Shown here: in pieces, positions 8,911-19,418 of the stretch | Layout: each line of letters begins with the position of its first letter | How positions within the stretch are numbered: position 1 is the first letter of the stretch | Source of the DNA: Candidatus Sumerlaeaceae bacterium | GTDB lineage: Bacteria > Sumerlaeota > Sumerlaeia > Sumerlaeales > Sumerlaeaceae | Direction of reading: 5' to 3' | Length of the DNA: 64,000 nt | NCBI GenBank assembly: GCA_049968255.1 | Contig: JBMFRB010000001.1 | Coordinates: 455,433-519,432, forward strand | The notes under the pieces: model-generated | What the model saw: only the letters and a program-made list of their open reading frames with translations | Databases searched by the model: none | What the model was told of the DNA's origin: nothing | Made by a program: the position numbers and the translations under genes

Positions 8911-10178
8911 AAAAAGCGGGTCCAAATGTGACGGCGGTGATCCTTGGCGGGGGACGTGGAACGCGGCTTGACCCACTCACACGCTATCGCTCCAAACCGG
9001 CTGTCCCCCTCGCTGGCAAGTATCGCCTTATTGATGTGGCCATCAGCAATTGCATCAATTCTGGCATTCGCAAAATCTACGTCCTCACTCAGTTCAACTC
9101 GGCGTCGCTCAATCGCCACATCTCGAAAACGTATAGGTTCGACGATTTCAGTGGTGGTTTTGTGGATATTCTCGCGGCCGAGCAAACCGTGGAAACGGAG
9201 AAGTGGTACCAAGGCACGGCTGACGCGGTGCGCCGCCAACTGCGTCACATTCACGATCATGAGGTAACGCACTACCTTGTTCTTTCGGGCGACGCCCTTT
9301 ATCGGCAGAATTTTCAAGACATGATCGCAGACCACGTTGCGGCTGGTGCTGACATCTCGATCAGTTGCAAGATGGTGAGCGAGCGTGAAGCCCCACAGCT
9401 TGGAATTCTCGGCATAGACGAAGCCCGCCAAATTCGATGGTTCCGCGAGAAACCGGTCCCCGAAGAGCTTCCCAAACTGAAGATGCCGCCTGAAGCTGCT
9501 AAGCAGGCCGGCCTCGATTGCACAGCTACACCGTTTCTCGCTTCGATGGGAACTTACTTGTTTGAGCGCGACGTGTTGAGCAAGGTTCTTACGGAAAACC
9601 CGTCGCACGATTTTGGTAAACAAATTATCCCTTGGGCTCTCGACCGTTACAAAGTTCACGCCCACCTTTTCCACGGATACTGGGAGGACATCGGAACGGT
9701 GCGCAGCTTCTACCAGGCAAATCTCGACCTGCTCAAAGATCAGCCCCCGTTCGATTTTTACGATCCAGATTTCCCCATCTTTTCACACGCGCGCTTGCTT
9801 CCGTGCTCTCGTATCGTGGATTCGCATATCGAGCGGGTACTTGTTGCGGAGGGTTGTTTTATCGAAAAAGCGGTCATCCGCAATAGCGTGATTGGAATTC
9901 GGAGTCACATTCGCGAGGGCTCCGTGGTCGAAGATTCCATTGTCATGGGTGCTGATTTGATCGAGACAGAGCCTCCACCGGGTGAACTTCCCTTGGGCAT
10001 AGGGCCAAACTGCCTTATTCGAAATGCGATCATAGACAAGAACGTCAGGATTGGGCCCAACTGCCAAATCATCAATACGACAGGCACTCAGCATGCGAAT
10101 GGTGAGCACGCTTGCATCCGCGATGGAGTGATCATTGTCCTAAAGAATGCAGTCATTCCACCAAACACCATGATCTAA
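8907..10178 (+). CDS. glgC: Glucose-1-phosphate adenylyltransferase
   Basis: ILGGGRGTRLDPLT, KPAVP, WYQGTADAV, DFGK, GYWEDIGT motifs and C-terminal beta-helix. Confidence 0.97.
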   Translation: MKKAGPNVTAVILGGGRGTRLDPLTRYRSKPAVPLAGKYRLIDVAISNCINSGIRKIYVLTQFNSASLNRHISKTYRFDDFSGGFVDILAAEQTVETEKWYQGTADAVRRQLRHIHDHEVTHYLVLSGDALYRQNFQDMIADHVAAGADISISCKMVSEREAPQLGILGIDEARQIRWFREKPVPEELPKLKMPPEAAKQAGLDCTATPFLASMGTYLFERDVLSKVLTENPSHDFGKQIIPWALDRYKVHAHLFHGYWEDIGTVRSFYQANLDLLKDQPPFDFYDPDFPIFSHARLLPCSRIVDSHIERVLVAEGCFIEKAVIRNSVIGIRSHIREGSVVEDSIVMGADLIETEPPPGELPLGIGPNCLIRNAIIDKNVRIGPNCQIINTTGTQHANGEHACIRDGVIIVLKNAVIPPNTMI

Positions 10179-10226
10179 CGCGCAGAAAGCGGTTCTACGA
10201 TTGGCACTTCCTGGGGCTGTGAAAAA

Positions 10227-11051
10227 TCACTCGGCATCGTTGCCAGTGGAAATGGGGCGGCTACGCACGCTCACGATTTTCCAGCCGTTCATAGTTTTGC
10301 GCAGCATGTAGCGTTCGTCTTTAGCGATGACTTGTGTACCGACACGATCTTCGCGCAAGCAGTCCACCGCAGCCATCACATGGCTAATTTTGACATGAAG
10401 GTCGAGCACATGCTGCTGAATCTTCTGACCGCTACGTTCCTCGTAGGCTTTCCGTCGGCGCACAATGTAGTCGTCGCGGCTTAGCCCAGCACGCATCTCT
10501 TCTGCAAGTGCCTCGTATTCAGTGGCGAAATCTCGCGTGTTCCAACTTTCGACGAAGACACGGACCACTTCTTTCGGATCCTGCTTCCAATCGGCCGGTA
10601 ATTGCCTCACCGGCAAAAGCTCCGGCTGAGATTCCTCCACTTCCTTGGCATGGTTTCCTTCCGAGAGATATTGGCGACGCCGGAGCAAATGCTCGACTCG
10701 CCCGAGCAGGGCCAGTGGCTCAAATGGTTTCGACAGAAAATCGTCGGCCCTCAGCCCTGCCGCCCAGAATGACTCTGGCTTGTCGGAGACCGCACCAAGA
10801 GAGGAAATAACCATCAGCGGCATGCTGGCAATCTCTGGCGTACGGCGGACACGGCGACAGAACTCGAGTCCACTCACTTTCGGCATGCGCAGATCAACGA
10901 TGGCCATATCGGGGCGCTCGCGAAGGAGGAGCTGCCAGCCTTCTTCGCCATCGTAAGCGCCGATGACGGTATGGCCCTTTGTCTTAAGGATGGCTTTGAC
11001 GTATTCGACAATTTCGAATTCGTCGTCTACGACTAGGATTTTGCACCCCAT
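10227..11051 (-). CDS. Response regulator receiver with an uncharacterised C-terminal domain
   Basis: KILVVDDE, DLRMP (phospho-Asp), KPF; ~110-aa C-terminal alpha+beta domain without HTH. Start moved to ATG 11051. Confidence 0.85.
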   Translation of the reverse strand: MGCKILVVDDEFEIVEYVKAILKTKGHTVIGAYDGEEGWQLLLRERPDMAIVDLRMPKVSGLEFCRRVRRTPEIASMPLMVISSLGAVSDKPESFWAAGLRADDFLSKPFEPLALLGRVEHLLRRRQYLSEGNHAKEVEESQPELLPVRQLPADWKQDPKEVVRVFVESWNTRDFATEYEALAEEMRAGLSRDDYIVRRRKAYEERSGQKIQQHVLDLHVKISHVMAAVDCLREDRVGTQVIAKDERYMLRKTMNGWKIVSVRSRPISTGNDAE

Positions 11052-11074
11052 GGCTTTACTTCTAGCGTACGCGC

Positions 11075-12187
11075 TCAGCGACATTCAAGTGTTACATGTT
11101 CGAGAATAGCGTCCACGGTTGGGGGCACTGATATTGGCTTAGGGGAAAATTCGATGGCGTTCTTAGGATCCTTGAGACCATGTCCAGTAAGCACGCAGAC
11201 AATTCGCACTTTGTCCCCCGTCGCATGGGCCCCAACAGCGGCAGGGTGATGTTTGGAAAAATATCCTGCCCGGGCATACTTGAAAAGCCCAGCCACGCTG
11301 GCCGCGCTCGCGGGCTCGCAGAAAACTCCTTCGTATCGGGCGAGGAACTGGTACGCAGCAACGATTTCCTCATCGCTCACCATATCGATGACGCCATGGG
11401 ATTCATCACGGGCCGCTTCGGCCAATTTCCAGCTCGCCGGATTTCCGATGCGAATCGCTGTGGCAAGGGTCTCGGGTTTTTCTACGACGTGTCCGCGCAC
11501 GATTGGGGCAGCACCCTCCGCCTGAAAGCCCATCATCTTGGGAAGACGACGCACGAGCCCTTTGCCGTGGTATTCCTTGTAGCCTTTCCAGTAGGCCGTG
11601 ATATTGCCGGCATTGCCGACAGGGATGAAGTGATAGTCGGGTGCATCGCCAAGAACATCACAAATCTCGAAAGCCCCCGTCTTTTGCCCCTCGAGACGAT
11701 AAGGATTGATAGAATTGACAAGGGTAATTTTGAACTGAGTTGTGACCTCGCGCACAATTCGGAGCGCATCGTCGAAATTTCCCGCCACGGCGAACACCTT
11801 CGCTCCATGCATAAGCGCTTGGGCAAGCTTGCCAAGCGCGATGTTTCCATCGGGGATGATGACAATGCATGTCATGCCTGCACGCGCCGCATATGCAGCG
11901 GCGCTCGCCGAGGTATTGCCCGTGCTGGCGCACATCACGGCGTTCGAGCCTTCTTCCAGAGCTTTGGTCACGGCCATTGTCATGCCGCGGTCTTTGAAAG
12001 AGCCGGTCGGATTCAAGCCTTCGAACTTGAGATAGACCTCGACGTGAGAGCCAACCTCGCGCGCGACTGCAGGGGCCGGAATCAGCGGCGTATTCCCTTC
12101 GTTGAGCGAGACAACAGGCGAATCGGCTTCGACAGGCAAAAACTCTCTGTAGGCAGCAATGATTCCAGCCCAGCGCGCTGAGCCCAT
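11075..12187 (-). CDS. thrC: Threonine synthase
   Basis: [14 protein letters not shown] (PLP Lys), [24 protein letters not shown]. Confidence 0.96.
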   Translation of the reverse strand: MGSARWAGIIAAYREFLPVEADSPVVSLNEGNTPLIPAPAVAREVGSHVEVYLKFEGLNPTGSFKDRGMTMAVTKALEEGSNAVMCASTGNTSASAAAYAARAGMTCIVIIPDGNIALGKLAQALMHGAKVFAVAGNFDDALRIVREVTTQFKITLVNSINPYRLEGQKTGAFEICDVLGDAPDYHFIPVGNAGNITAYWKGYKEYHGKGLVRRLPKMMGFQAEGAAPIVRGHVVEKPETLATAIRIGNPASWKLAEAARDESHGVIDMVSDEEIVAAYQFLARYEGVFCEPASAASVAGLFKYARAGYFSKHHPAAVGAHATGDKVRIVCVLTGHGLKDPKNAIEFSPKPISVPPTVDAILEHVTLECR

Positions 12188-12323
12188 GGCAGCAAGTCCT
12201 TTCATCGCAAACAAATTATGATGTTTCGCCGTTTCTCCGTTTTCGCAAAAGAGCGAACGTTACGAATCGCAAGAGGCGTCAACTAAAAATCAACTACAAA
12301 TCAAAAACCAGCACATCTATCGG

Positions 12324-13010
12324 TCAGGTGCTAAAATTGCGCTGTTCGTTGAGCGCAGAATCCACAAGGGATCGGAGCGAACGCGCTGCAAGTTCAACAT
12401 TCGGCGCTTCTAAGATCGCTCGAATCATTGCGATTCCATCGGCGCCATAGCGAATTATCTCAGCGGCCGTCGCAAGGTTGATCCCCCCAAGTGCGACGAT
12501 TGTTGCCCCTGGGCACTCCCGTCGGGCTTGCGCAATTGTGCTAGGCCCAAGAGGCGCAAGAATGCCTTCCTTGCTCGGCGTGGGGTATATTGGGCTCAAT
12601 GTCACGGCGGGGATTCCACGTTCGAAAACGGATTTTGCCTCGTCTACACTATGAGCAGAATAGATCGTATGTAATCCGGCGTTTTTTTCAAGCCACTGCG
12701 CCAACTCGGTTGGCTGCGCCGGGGACCACGTTGAGCTCTGAAGGTGAACTCCGTGGAGCATCTCAGGTGAGAGGTCGGGGAACCAAGAGCCAGCGTTGAG
12801 AAACAGAAGAGCCCCATGGGCATCGCACAGTGGTTTGAGCGTTGAGAGATATTGGAAAATCTGCGCACGCGTAGCGCTCTTTTCCCGCAACTGAACAGAC
12901 GTCACTCCCCCACGCAGCGCTTGGTCGACGAGGACGCCAAGCTCATCCGGCGAACGCAACCGCCCATCGGTGATGAGATAAAGTCGCAGATAGTCGCAAA
13001 GTTTTGGCAT
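12324..13010 (-). CDS. thiE: Thiamine-phosphate synthase (ThiE/TenI family)
   Basis: LYLITD, VQLREK, HGVHL, SAHS, PIYPTPSK, ALGGI. The NDR motif is replaced by NAG, so a TenI-like function is possible. Confidence 0.75.
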   Translation of the reverse strand: MPKLCDYLRLYLITDGRLRSPDELGVLVDQALRGGVTSVQLREKSATRAQIFQYLSTLKPLCDAHGALLFLNAGSWFPDLSPEMLHGVHLQSSTWSPAQPTELAQWLEKNAGLHTIYSAHSVDEAKSVFERGIPAVTLSPIYPTPSKEGILAPLGPSTIAQARRECPGATIVALGGINLATAAEIIRYGADGIAMIRAILEAPNVELAARSLRSLVDSALNEQRNFST

Positions 13011-13184
13011 TGCCGTTATTTTCCACGACGAAAAACCGTGCTGATAAACGAACGTTTATTGCACTGTTTCTCGAAAAGAATCTCTGACGGCTAGAGATTC
13101 TTTAGGTTCAAAAATCCATGCTTGCGGCCGATCGAGAAATTGTAAAAACTTATACAGCATCATTCACCGGGGACATCAAAATTT

Positions 13185-13778
13185 ATGGCCAAAGTTCTTG
13201 GGATTTGCGGAAGCTTGCGGGATCATTCCCATACACGGGTGTTGTTAGAAATCGCTCTGCAGCATGCGCGACGATGTGGTTCGGAAGTGGAACTGCTCGA
13301 CCTTCGCGAGTACCCGCTTCCCCTATTTGAGGCACATCGGCAATATGATTGCAACGCCACAGTGCAGAAGGTGGTGGCAAAGATCAAGGAAGCCGATTGC
13401 TACCTCGTGGGGACGCCCGAGTACCATGGCTGCATGAGTGGCGCACTCAAGAATTTTTTCGATTTTGTATACACAGAGATTTCTGGCAAACTCTTTGGTG
13501 TGGTTGCAGCAACGGGCGGAAGTCAGGGAGTAAGCTCATTGGACAATTTACGAGCATGCCTGCTTTACTGTCACGCATGGGTTCTGCCTTACAATGTGGC
13601 CGCTTCGCAGCGAGATTTCGACGACAATGGACGCTTGGTGAACGAACAAGTTTTGGATCGTCTTGCGCGCCTTGGGCGCGACGTGGCTGTCTATGGGCCG
13701 CTTTTGGTGAATCAATTTCGCGCTGATTTAGAACTGCCGCCGGATGCTGCTCAAAGTTTTGCAGGGTGGGTTCGTTGA
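13185..13778 (+). CDS. NADPH-dependent FMN reductase
   Basis: GSLRDHSHT, TPEYHGCMSGALKNFFD flavodoxin-like signature. Confidence 0.92.
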   Translation: MAKVLGICGSLRDHSHTRVLLEIALQHARRCGSEVELLDLREYPLPLFEAHRQYDCNATVQKVVAKIKEADCYLVGTPEYHGCMSGALKNFFDFVYTEISGKLFGVVAATGGSQGVSSLDNLRACLLYCHAWVLPYNVAASQRDFDDNGRLVNEQVLDRLARLGRDVAVYGPLLVNQFRADLELPPDAAQSFAGWVR

Positions 13779-13895
13779 AATCATGGTGGCCGGGCAACTC
13801 AGAGAAGGCAAGCTAGTAGACCGCAGCGTCCTTTCTTGCTTTTGTCTGTAGCTGGCGCCAGAATTGTTTGACACACACGAAAGGGAGGAGAAGCT

Positions 13896-16800
13896 ATGCA
13901 ATTCGCGGTGTGGGTATTGATTGCCGTTCTCATGTTTGTAGGGGGACAAACTCGCGGCGAGGATTTTCAACTGGCCACAAAAGTTACTGGTCTAAATTCT
14001 CCCAACGAGCCGGTACTTTACGACGTCGACGCTGACGGTCATTTCGAGGTTCTGCTCACGGGAGTCAATGGCGAGGTCGCTGCATATCGTTTGCCCTCAC
14101 TGTCAATCCTTTGGAAGACAAAGCTCCCTGCGAAAGGACTCACTTCTGCAGCAATCGGTGATTTGCTGGGAACGGGCGAGGGTATCGCTGTTCTTGGCTC
14201 AGGCGACGGGAATGTTTTTTTCGTCCGAGCTGGCAGCGGAGAAATTCTTGCAACCTTGCCTCTGGGCAAAGCGGTGTCGGTGGCTCCAACTATTCTCCCC
14301 GCGCCGGATGAAACCACGGCATCTGCGGAAAGCGCAGTCGTTTGCGACGAGTTTGGTGAAGTGCATCTCGTCAAACTCGAGGGCCAAACGCCTTGGGTTG
14401 TTTTTTCCAGCCCGAACACACTAGAAAGTCCCACGGGGGAACAGATCTCGCTCGGTCGTGTCAACTACCCCGCCAGCATCGCTGATATTGACGGCGATCA
14501 TAAACCGGAAATCGTCGTTGGGACGGCTCTGGGGAAAGTTGTGGCGATCAGCTCGACAAATCCCAGGACACGTTATGTGTGGCACGGCCCCCAAGGGCTC
14601 TCGATTATCACAAACGTGGCAGCAGGGGATTTTTTCGGACTAGGTCGCGATGCGCTGGTCTTTGGAACGAACGCAGGCAACCTCTTCGCTATCGCGTTTG
14701 ATCCCGCCACGCACACCCTGAAAACTGCTGTTGGTCAACTCAAGCTGTCGGGGCCTGCGAACGGTCACATTCTCGCTGCCGATTTCGATGGTGACCACTT
14801 GCCCGACGTCATCGCGGGTTGCGACAACGCGGTCCTTAGCTTCGCCCCGGCTGTAGGATTTGTGCCGCGCGGTCAGCCCTATGGGGCGAACGCTCCGCCT
14901 TTCAGCCCTGTCGCGCTTATTGCGCTCGCCGACAAAACGTACCGCGCTCTCGTTATCGACGGGAAAGGAATTCTTCATCTCATCGATCCAATCAAGACTT
15001 CACCTTCGGGGTCGCTTGCGCTCGACACTGTCGCCAATAGTACAATTGTCGGAGGCAACTTGACCAACGCGGGATTTCCCGAGCTCGTCTATCTGACAAA
15101 AAACAGAGCGCGACTGACGTATGTGGGACTAACGGAGCGCAAGGTCTCGTCCGAAATTTCACCAGTGTTGGCGATGGGCAGCAATTTCCAGCGCAGCGGG
15201 GAGATCGGTACGAGACCCCTTGCACAGTTGAAAGCAAACCGCGAACGTTTCGCCAAGCTTTTAGCCTCACAAGTAGCCGAAGCAAAGCAGCTTTACGACA
15301 TGGGCCGCTATGCCGAGTGCCGAGCGACGCTGGCGCGGGTTTTGCAGGCCGTGGCGGATCACCGTGAAGCGATATCTCTCGAACGTAAGGCAGCATTCCG
15401 CCAGCATTGGCTCCTGTATGTCGCTCTGATGCTCCTCGTGGCGGGTACGGCCGGAATCGGAGTTTGGGCGGTCATGAGGCTCCGCCTACACCGAAGTGCC
15501 ATTGAGAATGTGGAAAAGCTGATAGAAATCCAAGCCTACCCGCAGGCAGCCGCGCTGCTTCAGGAACTGCGGCGGAAAGACCCCAAGAATGCGACGTTTT
15601 TGCGCCTTCTCGCGAAGGTCTATCTTTTGTGGGAACGCATTGGGACTGACACGATTCGCGTTTTAGAAGAGGCGCACCGCACCTTCCCTGACGACTCGGG
15701 GATTACGCTCGCGCTAGCCAAAGCTTACGCCGAAACGGGCGTGGAAAACGAGCAAGCCCTCGAGCTCTACCAAATCGCCCTGGCAGTCATGGAAGGCGAA
15801 CGCGGGGACATCGCCTATCGGGCGGCGAAGATTTTTGAGACCAAGGGAAACGTCGAACAAGCGATTCGGCATTACAGGCTGGCTGAAAAAGAAGGATGCA
15901 CCGCCCCCGATTTGCAGGCACGGCTCGTGGAACTTTACCTCGCTACTCATCAGTTCAACGAGAAAACCCTGCCAGCGTTCGAAAGCATGTTTTCGGAGTA
16001 CACTCAGGACGCGCGGTTCCTTGAAGGGCTGTGCCGCGCCCAGGCGGCTGCGCGACGTGTGGACGACCGCGCGCGTGCTGCCGCATCGAGCTTGCTCGCT
16101 CTCAAGCCAGACTCCGTCGTCGCCCTTCGGCAGCTAGCCAAATGCGAACTTCAGGCGGGTCGCCACGAAAAGGCGAAGAACTTCGCGGAGCGAGCATTTG
16201 CCCTAGAGCCAAATGATGACGAAACGGCCTTGGTGTTAGCGTTCTGTTATTCCGCCTTGGAATTTTTCGAACCCAAGGCGCGCGAGATTTACAGACGCGC
16301 TCTTGCCTTGGATCCGCAAAACCCCACTTTCCTCCGGTGCGCAGCACTGACTGATCACACAACGTTGGGTAGGCCTCTTGATGAAACTGATTTCGACATT
16401 CTTAAGCGCGCCGTCCAGGCTAACCCTAACGACGTGGTCCTGTTGCGTACCTACGCCGAAGAGTGCCGAAAACGAACTGATTTCACCAGTGCCCGTGAAG
16501 CGCTCGAGAGACTCTTGGAACTCGGAGGCCAGAGCTCGGCAGTGTATTGCAGTTTGGCAGAGGTGTATGCCTTACAGGGCGAATTCAGCTCTAAAGCCAT
16601 TCCTGCCTATGAGGAAGCCCTGGCCGCTGACCCTGAGAACGCAACCTACTTGGAGGCATTGGCCCGCAGTTACATAGTTGCAGGACGCAAAGATCCCGCC
16701 GCAATTCAGTTGATCGAAAAGGCGCTCAAAAAAGTGCCTCGTGCCATTGAGCTGGGGGTGTACCTTGCAAAAAATTATCTAGAGACAGAACGTTATGAGG

Positions 16801-18737
16801 ACGCACTGAAACTTGCTCGTTGGCTACTAGAGCGCGATAAAGAAAATGAGGAAATTCAGAAGCTCTTCGCCCAAGCCTCATTCGCTTCTAACCGACTCGA
16901 TGAAGCGATAGAGCAGTATCAGCACGTCTTGGCCAAACACCCTGATGATTCCGAAGCCTTGGTGAACATTGCGCTCGCGTTTGCGCGAAAACACCGCACG
17001 GATGCAGAAGCCGCGCAGCGCTACACGGCCGCACTGGCGGTGTCACCCGCCCAACCATTGATCAGGTTCATGCTGGCGCGCCATCACGCCATGGCGGGAC
17101 GTTATGGCGCAGCCTTGGATCAATTGGCCGAAATCCTGCGTATATCGAACGAACATCAGCCGCGACTTTTAGACGAAGTGAGGCTCTATCTGGCCCATGC
17201 GCCGGATCGCGCCGACCTGCGCTGGTTCTGCGCCACCCTCCTCACTGAAATGGAACACATGGACGAAGCATGCGAGGAGATTGAAAACCTTCTCGCGCTC
17301 GAGCCCGGCGAGACAAAAGCAATCCTTCAGGCCTACGATCGCATTTTGGGCAAAGACCCTCTCAACGTCACAGCTCTCGTCGGTAAGGCACGCCTGTTGC
17401 GGGCGATGGGAAATCACGAGGCGGCCAAGCCGCTGCTGGAGCAAGCTCACCGCATTTCACCAAAGAATGCCGATGCGCGCAACGAACTAAAAGAACTCTA
17501 CGAGGAAATTCTCCAAGAAAAGGACGAAACGGAGATCCGTTTCGAACTCGCCAAGCTTCATTTTGAAGAAGGCGCCTACGACAGAGCAATCGCCCTGTTC
17601 CAGAAAACAGTTCTAGATTTCCGCTTCGAGAACGAATCCATCAAGATGCTGGCGCGCTGCTTCATGGAAAAAGGCATGCTCGAGTTCGCATTCCAGGAGC
17701 TGCGCAAACTCCTGATTGATGACGAGGTCAAGGAACTGCTCTACACGCTTGCCCAGCGCTACGAAGCGAAAAATGATTTCGTCGGCGCCAAGCAGGTTTA
17801 CCGCGTGCTTTTCGCCGCCGATATGAACTACCGCGACGTGAAACATCGTTTCGAGATGCTCGCTGGCGCCACGAGTGACCCCCTGGCTCTCGATAGGTCT
17901 GAGCTTATCACCCAACTGGGCGAACGAGCACGAAGCCGCTACGAATTGGTGGAAGAGCTGGGTCGCGGAGCAATGGGGGTGGTTTACCGGGCTCGCGACA
18001 ATGAGCTTGAAGAAATCGTCGCGCTCAAAATTTTGCCTGAGAATTTGTCGCAAAATCCCGAGGCACTTCATCGTTTCCGCGCGGAAGCACGCGCTGCAAG
18101 GCGACTTTCGCACCCAAACATTGTACGCATCCACGACATCGGCGAAGAAAAGGGGCGTAAATACATCTCGATGGAGTTTGTCCGGGGAACCGACCTGAAA
18201 CGCTATTTGCGGCAGAAGGGCAAGTTGAGCATTGAAGAAGCGATCTCGATCATTCTGCCCTTATGCGATGCTCTTGACTACGCGCACAGCAACTCGATCG
18301 TGCACCGCGACATCAAGCCAGCCAATATTATGATCACGGAACAGGGCGTTGCAAAACTTAGCGATTTTGGCATCGCCAAGGTCTTGGAACTGACAAGCGA
18401 AACCGTGACCGGTGCAATCATTGGGACACCCCTCTACATGAGTCCGGAGCAGGTGCAAGGCCAACCGGTCGATCACCGCGCCGACATTTACTCGCTGGGC
18501 ATCACGTTTTATGAGCTGCTCGCCGGCAAACCGCCCTTCACGGAGGGCGACATTGCGTATCAGCACTGCCGTGTGCCGGCACGCCCGATTCCGGGTGTTC
18601 CAGAAGAGCTCAACGTTATCATCTTGAAATGCCTGGAAAAAGACAAAGAGAAGCGATGGGCCAGCGCGGCAGAACTCGCCCAAGCCCTGCGCTCGTGGTT
18701 CGAAAAATGGCAGCAGAGCAAACCGCTTGTGTCGTAG
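13896..18737 (+). CDS. Membrane Ser/Thr protein kinase with extracytoplasmic FG-GAP repeats and a cytoplasmic TPR array
   Basis: Signal peptide; DVDADG, ADIDGDHKPEIVVG, ADFDGDHLPDVIAG repeats; TM WLLYVALMLLVAGTAGIGVWAVM; many TPR-like helices; kinase motifs GRGAMG, VALK, HRDIKPAN, DFG, GTPLYMSPE. Confidence 0.93.
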   Translation: MQFAVWVLIAVLMFVGGQTRGEDFQLATKVTGLNSPNEPVLYDVDADGHFEVLLTGVNGEVAAYRLPSLSILWKTKLPAKGLTSAAIGDLLGTGEGIAVLGSGDGNVFFVRAGSGEILATLPLGKAVSVAPTILPAPDETTASAESAVVCDEFGEVHLVKLEGQTPWVVFSSPNTLESPTGEQISLGRVNYPASIADIDGDHKPEIVVGTALGKVVAISSTNPRTRYVWHGPQGLSIITNVAAGDFFGLGRDALVFGTNAGNLFAIAFDPATHTLKTAVGQLKLSGPANGHILAADFDGDHLPDVIAGCDNAVLSFAPAVGFVPRGQPYGANAPPFSPVALIALADKTYRALVIDGKGILHLIDPIKTSPSGSLALDTVANSTIVGGNLTNAGFPELVYLTKNRARLTYVGLTERKVSSEISPVLAMGSNFQRSGEIGTRPLAQLKANRERFAKLLASQVAEAKQLYDMGRYAECRATLARVLQAVADHREAISLERKAAFRQHWLLYVALMLLVAGTAGIGVWAVMRLRLHRSAIENVEKLIEIQAYPQAAALLQELRRKDPKNATFLRLLAKVYLLWERIGTDTIRVLEEAHRTFPDDSGITLALAKAYAETGVENEQALELYQIALAVMEGERGDIAYRAAKIFETKGNVEQAIRHYRLAEKEGCTAPDLQARLVELYLATHQFNEKTLPAFESMFSEYTQDARFLEGLCRAQAAARRVDDRARAAASSLLALKPDSVVALRQLAKCELQAGRHEKAKNFAERAFALEPNDDETALVLAFCYSALEFFEPKAREIYRRALALDPQNPTFLRCAALTDHTTLGRPLDETDFDILKRAVQANPNDVVLLRTYAEECRKRTDFTSAREALERLLELGGQSSAVYCSLAEVYALQGEFSSKAIPAYEEALAADPENATYLEALARSYIVAGRKDPAAIQLIEKALKKVPRAIELGVYLAKNYLETERYEDALKLARWLLERDKENEEIQKLFAQASFASNRLDEAIEQYQHVLAKHPDDSEALVNIALAFARKHRTDAEAAQRYTAALAVSPAQPLIRFMLARHHAMAGRYGAALDQLAEILRISNEHQPRLLDEVRLYLAHAPDRADLRWFCATLLTEMEHMDEACEEIENLLALEPGETKAILQAYDRILGKDPLNVTALVGKARLLRAMGNHEAAKPLLEQAHRISPKNADARNELKELYEEILQEKDETEIRFELAKLHFEEGAYDRAIALFQKTVLDFRFENESIKMLARCFMEKGMLEFAFQELRKLLIDDEVKELLYTLAQRYEAKNDFVGAKQVYRVLFAADMNYRDVKHRFEMLAGATSDPLALDRSELITQLGERARSRYELVEELGRGAMGVVYRARDNELEEIVALKILPENLSQNPEALHRFRAEARAARRLSHPNIVRIHDIGEEKGRKYISMEFVRGTDLKRYLRQKGKLSIEEAISIILPLCDALDYAHSNSIVHRDIKPANIMITEQGVAKLSDFGIAKVLELTSETVTGAIIGTPLYMSPEQVQGQPVDHRADIYSLGITFYELLAGKPPFTEGDIAYQHCRVPARPIPGVPEELNVIILKCLEKDKEKRWASAAELAQALRSWFEKWQQSKPLVS

Positions 18738-18788
18738 GAAAGGATGACCAATGTCACTCGGGGCTACTGGCCAAAAACAACCGGGGCT

Positions 18789-19418
18789 TTAGCGTCCGAT
18801 CCCGGCGCGCAAGTAGCCGTTATCATCGAGGTAACGCAGGAGCACTGCCACGCACTCCTCCACAGAGAGCTTGTCCGTGCGCAAGTGGATCTCTGGAGCC
18901 AAAGGCGCCTCGTAGGGCGCATCGGGGGATACGCCGGTGAAGCTTTTAATCTCGCCGCGCATGGCTTTTTCATAAAGCCCTTTGGGGTCACGCGATGCGC
19001 ATACCTCGATCGGGGCGTCCACAAATGTCTCAATGAATTCACCCGGAGCAAGGAGTTGGCGCACGCGATCGCGATCTTCGCGATAGGGACTAATGAAGCT
19101 TGTGATGACGATGAGGCCAGCATCCACAAATAGCTTCGCGACTTCGCCGATCCGGCGGATGTTTTCTGCCCGATCCTCTGGGGAGAAACCTAGATTTTTG
19201 TTCAAGCCGTGACGGATGTTATCACCATCAAGAACGTAGGTCGCGTGCCCACGTTGGATAAGGACTTGTTCGAGGGCCATAGCGATTGTGCTTTTCCCGC
19301 ATGCTGAGAGACCTGTCAGCCAAAGGCAACAAGGCCGCTGTCCCAGAAGGTGCATACGTTCTTCGCGCGTGACATGGCCGGGATGCCAAGTGATGTTCTG
19401 TGCTTTCTGAATCGTCAT
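18789..19418 (-). CDS. cysC: Adenylyl-sulfate kinase
   Basis: [37 protein letters not shown]. Confidence 0.96.
   Translation of the reverse strand: MTIQKAQNITWHPGHVTREERMHLLGQRPCCLWLTGLSACGKSTIAMALEQVLIQRGHATYVLDGDNIRHGLNKNLGFSPEDRAENIRRIGEVAKLFVDAGLIVITSFISPYREDRDRVRQLLAPGEFIETFVDAPIEVCASRDPKGLYEKAMRGEIKSFTGVSPDAPYEAPLAPEIHLRTDKLSVEECVAVLLRYLDDNGYLRAGIGR

Noticed and set aside
11180-12181. Long antisense ORFs (333 aa here; also 8874-9674, 25349-26161, 54175-55074)
   Set aside because: They mirror well-supported genes on the opposite strand and have no motifs; typical shadow ORFs in GC-rich DNA.
13011-13184. TPP riboswitch upstream of thiE
   Set aside because: Only GAACCT is present on the minus strand; the CTGAGA and AGCGTAGG-type core elements are missing.
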